From positions 192,001 through 256,000 of the forward strand of contig CBDAOB010000005.1 in NCBI GenBank assembly GCA_965197905.1: 64,000 nt of DNA, in the 5' to 3' direction. The number at the start of each line of letters is the position of its first letter. Position 1 is the first letter of the stretch. The notes below the pieces were generated by a model. The model was not told where the DNA came from. It ran no database searches and saw only the letters and a program-made list of their open reading frames with translations. This DNA comes from Candidatus Latescibacterota bacterium (GTDB lineage Bacteria > Latescibacterota > UBA2968 > UBA8231). The position numbers and the translations under genes were made by a program. Below, piece after piece: positions 52,208 through 60,627 of this stretch.

Positions 52208-52690
52208 TTAGTGCAGGCTGTCCTGCACCTGTCGCAGAGAGGTCTCGAAAACGCGGGAGGCAGAATCTGCTTCGACCTGTTTGTGGTAGAATGAGGTAAA
52301 CAGCTCCGGACGGTTCTCTCTGGCACCTTGCAGAACCAGGTCGTACGCCCTTATCCTGAGTCCGAGATAGGCCAGAAGCTTGCTGTTGGTCGCCAGCAGT
52401 TCCGCCGTAGTCGGAAGCTGTTGAGCCCGCTCGCGCAGCTGCTTCAGCTGAGGGAGGAACTGCTCTTCGATGAGTGGTACGATGACATGGCTTTTCACGT
52501 TGTCGGCGGGTACCGCTTCCTCAATCTGCCGCTCGAGCAGCCGCAGATCCTGAAGTATGGGTTTCACTGCCTCCAGGTAGAGACCAACCGTGTTGGAACC
52601 TCCAAACTCGGTATCTCTGGACGGAGCCCCGCAGGAAAGAGCGGCCAGGCAGCCGACTGCGGTCGCATACCTCACGCTTCCCAATGACAT
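52208..52690 (-). CDS. Hypothetical helical lipoprotein
   Basis: Lipobox-like ALSC; follows the MBL gene by 2 nt. Confidence 0.6.
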   Translation of the reverse strand: MSLGSVRYATAVGCLAALSCGAPSRDTEFGGSNTVGLYLEAVKPILQDLRLLERQIEEAVPADNVKSHVIVPLIEEQFLPQLKQLRERAQQLPTTAELLATNSKLLAYLGLRIRAYDLVLQGARENRPELFTSFYHKQVEADSASRVFETSLRQVQDSLH

Positions 52691-52692
52691 GG

Positions 52693-53541
52693 TCAGACAG
52701 AGCCGTTGAAGGTTATCTCCGAGCCTTCTCTGGCGGCCTCAACTTGGAAGCTCTCCGAGCGATAGCGCCCAACGATTTCGTCGATACCGGCGTCGGTGCG
52801 GTTGGGGTGATGATGGAACAACAGCAGGTGGCGGACCTCCGCTTCCCGGGCAACCTCCACCGCATGGTGATCGGAGGAATGTCCCCAACCTCGATGGGTT
52901 TCGTACTCAGCACTGCTGAAATGGGCGTCGTGGAGCAGCAGGTCCGCCTGCCGCGCAAGGGCCAGGGCGGGTTCCCGGTGATCGTCCTCCAGATATTCAA
53001 CGTCGGGTAGGTAGGCGATGGCAACACCTCCACTCTCGATCCTGAACCCCAGACAAACCGTCCCGGCGGCGTGGTTGACCTCGCGCGACTCCACCTGGAA
53101 GTCCCCTATCCGCATCGATTCCGACTGGACCTCCTTCGCACCGACCTTCGCTCCTGTGTCGTCCTCGAAGAAATCCGGGACCGGGCAGTAGACCGCGGTC
53201 ATCTGCACCCGCAGCAAGTCGCCGATCGAACGTCCGGTGCTGCCCTTGCCCCAAAGCGTGAAGCGGTTGCCGGCAATCAAGAACGGCTTGAAGAATGGCA
53301 ACCCTTGAATATGACCCCAGTGGGTGTGACTGACCAGGACGTGGCCGCTGCCACCGCCGTCACCAAACGGGGAATCGATCAGGGCGTCGCCCAGAGCGGG
53401 CAATCCCGTACCGCCGTCGAGGATCAGGACGGATGTCGGATCCAGCTCGATCAGGACGCAAGGCGTATTGCCTCCGTACACGCCATGAAGAGAGGATGGG
53501 GTAGGAATCGAACCCCTCGTACCCCACAACCTTATCTTCAA
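52693..53541 (-). CDS. MBL-fold metallo-hydrolase (phosphodiesterase-like), variant metal motif
   Basis: WGTRGS, YGGNTPC, DGGTG, HTHWGHIQG, HDA, WGHS, LFHH. Confidence 0.88.
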   Translation of the reverse strand: MKIRLWGTRGSIPTPSSLHGVYGGNTPCVLIELDPTSVLILDGGTGLPALGDALIDSPFGDGGGSGHVLVSHTHWGHIQGLPFFKPFLIAGNRFTLWGKGSTGRSIGDLLRVQMTAVYCPVPDFFEDDTGAKVGAKEVQSESMRIGDFQVESREVNHAAGTVCLGFRIESGGVAIAYLPDVEYLEDDHREPALALARQADLLLHDAHFSSAEYETHRGWGHSSDHHAVEVAREAEVRHLLLFHHHPNRTDAGIDEIVGRYRSESFQVEAAREGSEITFNGSV

Positions 53542-53554
53542 TATCGGCTCTCTT

Positions 53555-54424
53555 TCACAGGTTCACTTCCAACCCTTCCATCGCCGCAACCAGCTCCAGC
53601 TGATTCGGAGATTCGGCTTTGTATCGGGCCAGGATCTCATCAATCGAGTCATCGCTGCGATCGGGCCGGTGGTGAAACAAGGCGACCCGCTTGGCGGCTG
53701 ATTCGACGCCAAGACGCAGGGCGTCTTCCGGCGTGCTGTGGCCAAAATCCGAGCGATACTCATCGGTAAGGAAATAAGTATCGCATACCATGAGATCAGA
53801 ACTGTGAGCTAGATCACGTGCGCCGCGACGTAGTTCCTCGATTCGTGACGATTTTTCCGGATCATCCGCCGGCATGTCGTCCCCCAGGAGCGTGTCGGTG
53901 TAGAGATCGGCGTCCGAAACATAGGAGAAGACCGAGTTACCGTTCTCGACTCGAAAACCGCCCGCAACCCCCGGGTGATTCAGGCGTTTACAGGTTACCC
54001 GGGTGGCGCCGACCTGGATGGTTTCTCCATCGGTGAGCTCGATAAACTCGAGCCGGGCTTTGACCTGATCGAGGGGTAGCGGAAAAAAGGGGGACTCCTG
54101 TTGAGCGCAGAAGATCTCCTTAAGGCTTTTCTGGCTGCGTCTCAGCGAGTAAACGTAGATCTGCGCAGAGGAGTCGAGCAGCGGACCGAAATGGGGGAAC
54201 CCCTGGATGTGATCCCAGTGGGTGTGACTGACCAACAAGTGTATGGTTGAAATCTTGCGACTCTGGAGGGACTTCCCAGCGGCGTATATCCCGGTTCCAG
54301 CATCGACGAGCAGGGTAGTGCCGTCGGCCTCGACTTCGAGACACGGGGTGTTGCCGCCGTACCGCAAGCAGTAGTCTGCCGCTACCGGATAGGAGCCGCG
54401 CACCCCCCAAAAGGTTACTTTCAT
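53555..54424 (-). CDS. MBL-fold metallo-hydrolase (phosphodiesterase-like)
   Basis: FWGVRGS, YGGNTPC, DAGTG, HTHWDHIQG, NHPG, FGHS, LFHH. Confidence 0.9.
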   Translation of the reverse strand: MKVTFWGVRGSYPVAADYCLRYGGNTPCLEVEADGTTLLVDAGTGIYAAGKSLQSRKISTIHLLVSHTHWDHIQGFPHFGPLLDSSAQIYVYSLRRSQKSLKEIFCAQQESPFFPLPLDQVKARLEFIELTDGETIQVGATRVTCKRLNHPGVAGGFRVENGNSVFSYVSDADLYTDTLLGDDMPADDPEKSSRIEELRRGARDLAHSSDLMVCDTYFLTDEYRSDFGHSTPEDALRLGVESAAKRVALFHHRPDRSDDSIDEILARYKAESPNQLELVAAMEGLEVNL

Positions 54425-54673
54425 GGTTGAATTTTGGGCGCGTGAAGGGGTCGAAAATAGTTCGTTATTTTCGTTATTATATGAAGGATGTTTAAAAACC
54501 ACAAGCATTTAGTTACATTTTTGGAGGTCTTTGAATCGGGCTAAAATAGGCAGTTTTGGAGGCGCGGAATGATGGGTTCCGCCGTCTGCGCAGATTTCAC
54601 ATAAGGTGGGATTTCCGTATATTTATTCCTCACCGAAAACCGAATCTACCGCACACCTGAACACAACCAGTGG

Positions 54674-55471
54674 GTGGCTACTATTTCGAAGAAAAAAAAA
54701 CCGAGAATTCGCGAAAAGAAACCACTGGGCGAGGAATCGAAGGACGGGGAGGCCGACCTCGACGAGTCAAGCAGCGGGCAACCGAAAACCGGCGTCCGCC
54801 AGTACCTCTCTTCGATTCTGATCGCCGTTGGCCTGGCGTTGCTCATCCGTACAACCGTCGTTCAGGCGTTTTTTATTCCTTCGGGCTCCATGGAGGACAC
54901 CCTCTATATCGGCGACTACCTGTTGGCTAACAAATTCGTCTATGGCGCACCGATCGACATCATCGGCACGAGTATCACTTTGTTTCGTTTGCCCGGGCTG
55001 CGCGACCCTAGTCCCGGGGATATCGTCATTTTTAGGTCTCCCATCGAGGAGGACAAGGACCTGATCAAGCGGTGCGTCGCCGTCGGGGGGCAACGGGTGG
55101 AGGTCGTCGGCAAGGAACTCTACGTCAACGGCAAGCGGTTTCCCGATCCACCCGGTGCGAAGTTCGTCAAAGGGGGCATGGACAGCTACGGCCCTATCGT
55201 CGTGCCGCAAGACCACTATTTCATGATGGGAGACAACCGCGACAACAGCCTCGACAGTCGCGTATTCGGTCCCGTTCCCAACGGACTGGTCAAGGGCAAA
55301 GCGATGAACGTTTATTGGTCTATAAAGCCGGACAAATGCACCCGCTTCAACAGGAACGATTGCACACCAAACTATTCCGGACTGTCTTCGCTGCCTAAGG
55401 TAGTTGGAAAGTTTCTCTGGCGCTTGCCTGGCCGCGTTCGCTATAGCCACCTGGGAGATGTCATCCTGTAA
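54674..55471 (+). CDS. lepB: Signal peptidase I
   Basis: TM helix then IPSGSM..TL..GD, IKR, GDNRDNSLDSR. Confidence 0.93.
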   Translation: MATISKKKKPRIREKKPLGEESKDGEADLDESSSGQPKTGVRQYLSSILIAVGLALLIRTTVVQAFFIPSGSMEDTLYIGDYLLANKFVYGAPIDIIGTSITLFRLPGLRDPSPGDIVIFRSPIEEDKDLIKRCVAVGGQRVEVVGKELYVNGKRFPDPPGAKFVKGGMDSYGPIVVPQDHYFMMGDNRDNSLDSRVFGPVPNGLVKGKAMNVYWSIKPDKCTRFNRNDCTPNYSGLSSLPKVVGKFLWRLPGRVRYSHLGDVIL

Positions 55472-55481
55472 CGGTACGATT

Positions 55482-57218
55482 ATGGAGAGAGACGACCTAC
55501 ACCACGATCCCGACGAAGAGCTCGAGGAGTACGACGACTACAGGGAGTACGAGGAAGATAACAGCCTGCAGGAGGAGTTCGACGCCGAGCCGTTGCGGTT
55601 GGTGGACAAGCTTCTGTCGCTGGCCCCCGAGAAGGATCCGGCTCGCCCCCTGCTGTACGGGTTGCGGCGCCAGCTCATGGAGCGCGAGATCACCTTCCAG
55701 GAGGCCCGTCGCAGCCTCGTGGAGCTGGAAGCAGCGCTGGAAAAGGTGACCTCCCCCTCCAATCGCGTCGGTATCTACCTTGGTTCGCCGAGAGACGAAA
55801 TCGCCACGGTTTTCGTGGGCGGTGCAGAATATTACGCCAACATCGATCCACGGGTGGATGTCGCCGACCTGGAGGTGGGGACGCGGATCTTGATCAACGA
55901 AGCGTACGCCGTCGTCGGCGTTCTAGGTTTCAATCCCGCCGGCCCGATCGCCAAGATCGGCGATCTCTTCGACGACGGACGACTGCGCCTTACTCAGGAA
56001 CACGGCTCCCAGGATCTGGTGGTGGAGCGCTCAGCTTCCCTGGCCGATGCGGATCTCAAGAAGGGAGACGAGGTCCGCGTGGATCCTGGATTCAAGGTGG
56101 CCCTCGAACGCATTGCCGCCGGCGATGGCAAGGAATACTTCCTCGAGAATGTGCCGGTCATGGACTGGTCCAGCATTGGCGGTCAGGAAGAGGCGATCCA
56201 GGCGATCCGCGACACCATCGAGCTGCCGGCGTTGCATCCGGAGCTGTTCGAGCGCTTCCAATACAGCACCCCGAAGGGGTTTCTGCTCTACGGCCCCCCC
56301 GGCTGCGGCAAGACCCTCATCGGCAAAGCGACCGCCTACAATCTGGTGCGCCACATCCGCGAGGCAGAAGGTGAGGATGTAAAAGAGTATTTCATGCACA
56401 TCAAGGGCCCCGAAATCCTCAACATGTGGCTCGGAGAAACCGAACGCATGGTGCGGGAGATCTTTGCCCAGGCCCGGGAGAAACGGAAGGAGGGGTTTCT
56501 ACCTTTCGTCTTCATCGACGAGGCGGAGTCAATTCTAGGCATCCGGCGCTCCATGAGGTCGCACCACATCGCCAACACTGTGGTGCCCATGTTCTGCACC
56601 GAAATGGACGGCATCGAGTCGTTACACGATGTCGTGATCATTCTCGCCTCCAACCGCCACGACCTGATCGATCCCGCCATTCTTCGGCCGGGCCGAATCG
56701 ACCGCAAGATCAAGGTGGAGCGTCCGGACAGGGACGCCTCAAGGGCGATTCTGGAAATCTACCTCACGTCCAATCTGCCTCTAGATCTCGAGGAATCGAA
56801 GGCGTTCGAGAACCCCGAGGCGGCCCGCCAGGCGTTGATCGACGCGACGGTCGATCATTTCTTCGCGCGGGACGAAGAGACCAAGTTTCTCGAGGTCACG
56901 CTGCGCAGCGGCCGAGTAGAGGTCCTGAACTTTTGCGATCTCTCAAGCGGGGCCATCATCGACTCGATGGTGCAGCGCGCCAAGGAAACCGCGGTCAAAC
57001 GGGCCATCGCCAGCAAGGATGCCGACGCCGGTTTGCGCCGCGAGGATCTCATGCAGGCGGTGCGTGCCGAATTCCGCGAAAGCGAAGTATTCCCCCCCAC
57101 GGACACGGTCGAAGACTGGCTCAAGCTACTCGACTACGATCCGGACAATGTGGTACGGGTCCTGCCCGTACGATCCCAGGAAAAGACAGCGGACACCCCA
57201 GCCAGCAAGGTCATCTGA
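55482..57218 (+). CDS. arc: Proteasome-associated AAA+ ATPase (ARC/Mpa family)
   Basis: Coiled coil and OB domains; GPPGCGKT, IKGPEILNMWLGETER, FIDE, SNR.DLIDPAILRPGRIDRKI; SGAII; operon context. Confidence 0.92.
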   Translation: MERDDLHHDPDEELEEYDDYREYEEDNSLQEEFDAEPLRLVDKLLSLAPEKDPARPLLYGLRRQLMEREITFQEARRSLVELEAALEKVTSPSNRVGIYLGSPRDEIATVFVGGAEYYANIDPRVDVADLEVGTRILINEAYAVVGVLGFNPAGPIAKIGDLFDDGRLRLTQEHGSQDLVVERSASLADADLKKGDEVRVDPGFKVALERIAAGDGKEYFLENVPVMDWSSIGGQEEAIQAIRDTIELPALHPELFERFQYSTPKGFLLYGPPGCGKTLIGKATAYNLVRHIREAEGEDVKEYFMHIKGPEILNMWLGETERMVREIFAQAREKRKEGFLPFVFIDEAESILGIRRSMRSHHIANTVVPMFCTEMDGIESLHDVVIILASNRHDLIDPAILRPGRIDRKIKVERPDRDASRAILEIYLTSNLPLDLEESKAFENPEAARQALIDATVDHFFARDEETKFLEVTLRSGRVEVLNFCDLSSGAIIDSMVQRAKETAVKRAIASKDADAGLRREDLMQAVRAEFRESEVFPPTDTVEDWLKLLDYDPDNVVRVLPVRSQEKTADTPASKVI

Positions 57219-57232
57219 GCTCTGAGCGTTCG

Positions 57233-58759
57233 ATGAACCGACTCGTGGGGCTGGAAACCGAATACGGCATCCAGGTGGATGACGTGGAGGAGATGGACGT
57301 GGTGGTGGAGTCCATGGAGCTGATCCGCTGTTTCCTCCACGAGGAATTCGTCGCCCGCTGGGACTACGCCCGTGAGAATCCGCGCCAGGACATGCGTGGG
57401 TTCGAGGTAGACGAGCTGCTCAATGACGTGGATGAGACCGTCCATCTCCAGCGCGATCGCAAACGGCAGATTCCGCTGAAAGAGCTCAAGAGCGACCTCA
57501 TTATTCGCAACGGGGCGCGGCTCTACAACGATCACACTCACCCCGAATACTCAACCCCCGAGTGCCTGTCGCTGATCGATCTAGCCACCTACGACCGCGC
57601 CGGCGAACAGATCCTGAACGGGTGTGCCAAACAACGCACCGCAACCCGGGATGGGGGAGTGGTCCGGCTCTACAAGAACAACACCGACTTCGAGGGACAT
57701 AGCTACGGGTGTCACGAAAACTACCTGATCGGGCGGGCGATCCCCTTCCAGCAGGTCATCGACGGCTTGCTGCCGTTCGTGGTTACCCGTCCGATCTTTG
57801 CCGGCGCCGGCAAGGTGGGCGTCGAAAACGTTACCGGCGGCTCGCTGCAGCCCTACCAGCTGTCCCAGCGCGCCGATTTCTTCGAGACGATCGCCAGTGT
57901 CGACACCATGCACCGACGTCCGCTGGTGAATACCCGCGATGAACCCCACGCCGACCGAAACCGTTACCGCCGCCTGCATATGATCACCGGCGATGCCAAC
58001 ATGTCCGAGTACATCACCGCTCTGAAGGTGGGAACGATGGGGTTGGTTCTGGAGCTGTTGGAGGCCGGAAAGTTGCCGTCCTACGAGCTCGCGGATCCGA
58101 TCGGGGCGCACAAGGAGATCTCCCGCGATCTCTCTAGGGCTTGGCCGGTCCAGCTCACCGATCGCTCTTTTACCACCGCCCTGGAGATTCAGCACGCCTT
58201 GCAGAAAGCGGCTCTCTCGTGCTTCGCGGGCAGGGACGAGGAGACCGATTGGGCCCTGGCTCAGTGGGGGCAGGTGCTGGACGATCTCGGGGGCGATCTT
58301 GCACCGCTGATCGGCCGCTGTGACTGGGTGACCAAGAAGTGGCTGCTCGACGCTTTCGTCGAGGCGGAGGGTTTGGACTGGGGGAACCCCGATCACCGGA
58401 CCTGGCTGCAAAGCCAGGACCTGGAATACCATAATATCGATCCGGAAGAAGGCCTCTTCCTCATGCTGGAACAACAGGGAGAGGTTGTTCGCCTGACGGA
58501 AGAAGGAGGTATCCTCAGGGCGACTGTGGAACCGCCGGCAGGTACCCGGGCCTATTTTCGCGGTGTCTGCCTCACCCGATTTGCGGAAAAAATCACCGCC
58601 TTGAACTGGGACAGCATCGAATTCGACCTGGACGCCGGTCGCTGGGTGCTCGATCTGAAAGATTGCGTGGATGCGGAAACGGCGGCTTATTATAATGAGA
58701 GTTTGGACCAGGTAGACAGCGTCGAGGCATTAAGGTCCAAACTCGAGCGTGCCGATTAA
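57233..58759 (+). CDS. dop: Deamidase/depupylase Dop-like (PafA2 family)
   Basis: GLETEYGI, WDY..ENP..D.RGF, NGARLYNDHTHPEYSTPEC, KNNTD..SYGCHENY, NTRDEPHAD, DLEYH. Confidence 0.88.
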   Translation: MNRLVGLETEYGIQVDDVEEMDVVVESMELIRCFLHEEFVARWDYARENPRQDMRGFEVDELLNDVDETVHLQRDRKRQIPLKELKSDLIIRNGARLYNDHTHPEYSTPECLSLIDLATYDRAGEQILNGCAKQRTATRDGGVVRLYKNNTDFEGHSYGCHENYLIGRAIPFQQVIDGLLPFVVTRPIFAGAGKVGVENVTGGSLQPYQLSQRADFFETIASVDTMHRRPLVNTRDEPHADRNRYRRLHMITGDANMSEYITALKVGTMGLVLELLEAGKLPSYELADPIGAHKEISRDLSRAWPVQLTDRSFTTALEIQHALQKAALSCFAGRDEETDWALAQWGQVLDDLGGDLAPLIGRCDWVTKKWLLDAFVEAEGLDWGNPDHRTWLQSQDLEYHNIDPEEGLFLMLEQQGEVVRLTEEGGILRATVEPPAGTRAYFRGVCLTRFAEKITALNWDSIEFDLDAGRWVLDLKDCVDAETAAYYNESLDQVDSVEALRSKLERAD

Positions 58760-58776
58760 CTAGATAGGAGGGCGCT

Positions 58777-58974
58777 ATGATAGACAAAAACATAGAGTTA
58801 CGGGATCGCGCTCCGCGGCCGACGAAACCACTCGGCGGTGGTGACGACGCCGACCAGGACGACGGTCCCCGACGGCCCAAGGTCGAACGCCCGCAAACCG
58901 ATGACATCTTGCGCCGTATGCGGCGAGTGGATCCGAATCAGGCCAGACGGTATCGCCAGCGAACCGGTCAGTAG
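58777..58974 (+). CDS. ubact: Ubiquitin-like modifier UBact
   Basis: 65-aa disordered-looking protein, AGGAGG RBS, C-terminus LRRMRRVDPNQARRYRQRTGQ; sits between dop and prcB. Confidence 0.9.
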   Translation: MIDKNIELRDRAPRPTKPLGGGDDADQDDGPRRPKVERPQTDDILRRMRRVDPNQARRYRQRTGQ

Positions 58975-58975
58975 C

Positions 58976-59752
58976 GTGGAGAGTTGCGATTTTCTGTCTC
59001 TGCTCAAAGAGCAGGGACATCTTCCCCGCGATCCAGTCCCCGCGGGGCCCCACGGAGCCGAGTTCGACACCACCGAAGGCACGACGATCCTGGCGATCAG
59101 ATACCGAGAGGGAGTTCTCATAGCCGGAGATCGCAGAGCCACCATGGGCAATACCGTCGTCTATGACCGGGCCGACAAGGTCCTGTCCATCGACGACGAC
59201 GCGGTGATGGCGCTCGCCGGGTCGCCGGCAATCGCCTACGAAATGGCGCGTCTCCTCGAAATCTCCTTTCAACATTATCGCCGAAGTCAGCTCCAGGTTC
59301 TCAGCCTCGATGGCAAACTGCGCATCCTGTCCCGCCTGCTGCGTGACAATCTTTCGCTGGCGCTGCAGGGCATTGGCGCCGTGGTTCCCATTTTCGCGGC
59401 GTTCGACATCCACGCAAACGAAGGCAAGATCTATTTCTACGATGTGCTCGGGGCGCAGTTCGAATCGGTGGATTTCTGCACCATCGGGTCCGGATCCCCC
59501 ATCATCCGCGGCGCCCTCTACCATCATAACCGCTGGCAGGATCGTCTGGCGGAGATGGACGAATCCGCCTCTCTGGAACTGGTGTTGAAGATGCTGGAAA
59601 CCGCCGCCGAGTTCGACACAGCCACCGGCGGACTGAACACCCGGTCCCGCATCTTTCCGCAAGTTCGGCGCATCACCGCCGCCGGTATCGAGACCGTTGC
59701 CGAAGACGTTCTCGAGTCCCTGTACCACTCTGAACTCCAGCCTCAAACCTGA
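58976..59752 (+). CDS. prcB: 20S proteasome beta subunit
   Basis: Propeptide then EG/TTILA (Thr1 codon at 59081), AGDRRAT, K33-equivalent DK, GSGS, D.ATGG. Confidence 0.9.
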   Translation: MESCDFLSLLKEQGHLPRDPVPAGPHGAEFDTTEGTTILAIRYREGVLIAGDRRATMGNTVVYDRADKVLSIDDDAVMALAGSPAIAYEMARLLEISFQHYRRSQLQVLSLDGKLRILSRLLRDNLSLALQGIGAVVPIFAAFDIHANEGKIYFYDVLGAQFESVDFCTIGSGSPIIRGALYHHNRWQDRLAEMDESASLELVLKMLETAAEFDTATGGLNTRSRIFPQVRRITAAGIETVAEDVLESLYHSELQPQT

Positions 59753-59860
59753 CCTCGGGGTTCTCTGATGGGATCCAGCTCCTTATCCATGCCCGGGTCT
59801 CGCCCGGCGCCGGCGCCGGCGCCGCCGGCGACCCAATGCTAGCGAGCGCGCGGAGATATC

Positions 59861-60619
59861 ATGCTTGAAGAGCCCTACCGCTGGGTCGAAGCGATACAGA
59901 ATCGCCGCGAATATCTGGATGATCAGCTGCGGGGTGCCAGTCCGGTGGTCGGCCTTTCTTACGAGCATGGGATCCTGCTGCTGACCACCACACCCGGTCC
60001 ACGTAAGCTGTTCGAGGTCTACAACGACCTGAGCTTCGCCGCGATCGGCCATCCCGCCGATATCGAAAAGCTGCGCAAGGCGGTCATCGACATCGCCCAT
60101 CTGGAGGCGTTCAACTTCTCGGCCAAGGACGTCTCGCTTCAGCGGCTGGTAAGTTTCGGCATCGGCCCGCTGGTCAAAGCGGCCTTCGACGAGATCTTCC
60201 GCTCCCCGTTTACCGCCCGGGTGCTCATGGCGGAACTGGATCCCCAGACTGGCCGCGATCGGTTTTTCGTGATCGACGCGGATGGATCCTTCCTGGGTCA
60301 CGAGCAAGAGGCAGCGGTAGCCGGATCCGACGCCAGCGTGGACGCCATATTGGAATCACTAGGTAACGGGGGTGCTGCCGCGTGGTCGCGGACCGAGGCG
60401 CTGCATGCCGGTTTACAGGCATGGGCAGCCGGTCGCCTCAATCTCGAAAGCGAATCCACAACCCTCCCAGACCAGGGGGCGGTTGAAGCCTGTTTGCGTG
60501 AAGTGCTGGAATCCCAACGGATCGAAGTGGCGGTACTCGACCGTACCCGACCGGGCAAAAGCAAGTTCACGCTTCTATCCAACGAAGAAATCGACGCCGC
60601 CCTGGCGCCGTACCGGTAG
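59861..60619 (+). CDS. prcA: 20S proteasome alpha subunit
   Basis: EPY, RKLFEVYN, AIG..ADIE.LR, EVAVLDR; operon context. Confidence 0.88.
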   Translation: MLEEPYRWVEAIQNRREYLDDQLRGASPVVGLSYEHGILLLTTTPGPRKLFEVYNDLSFAAIGHPADIEKLRKAVIDIAHLEAFNFSAKDVSLQRLVSFGIGPLVKAAFDEIFRSPFTARVLMAELDPQTGRDRFFVIDADGSFLGHEQEAAVAGSDASVDAILESLGNGGAAAWSRTEALHAGLQAWAAGRLNLESESTTLPDQGAVEACLREVLESQRIEVAVLDRTRPGKSKFTLLSNEEIDAALAPYR

Positions 60620-60627
60620 CAGACAAG

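Noticed and set aside
54425..54673. AT-rich stretch with hairpin CGAAAATA/TATTTTCG as a possible replication origin or ncRNA
   Set aside because: No DnaA boxes or known RNA motif seen; adequately explained as a divergent promoter region.
54692..54700. A9 tract at the start of lepB as a phase-variation switch
   Set aside because: It is in frame and encodes the usual Lys-rich N-terminus; lepB is normally essential.
56426..57232. 268-aa N-terminal extension of Dop in the ORF track
   Set aside because: It overlaps arc in another frame; family similarity begins at ATG 57233 (MNRLVGLETEYG).
59768..59842. 24-codon ORF MGSSSLSMPGSRPAPAPAPPATQC
   Set aside because: No clear RBS; arises from the GC hexamer repeat.
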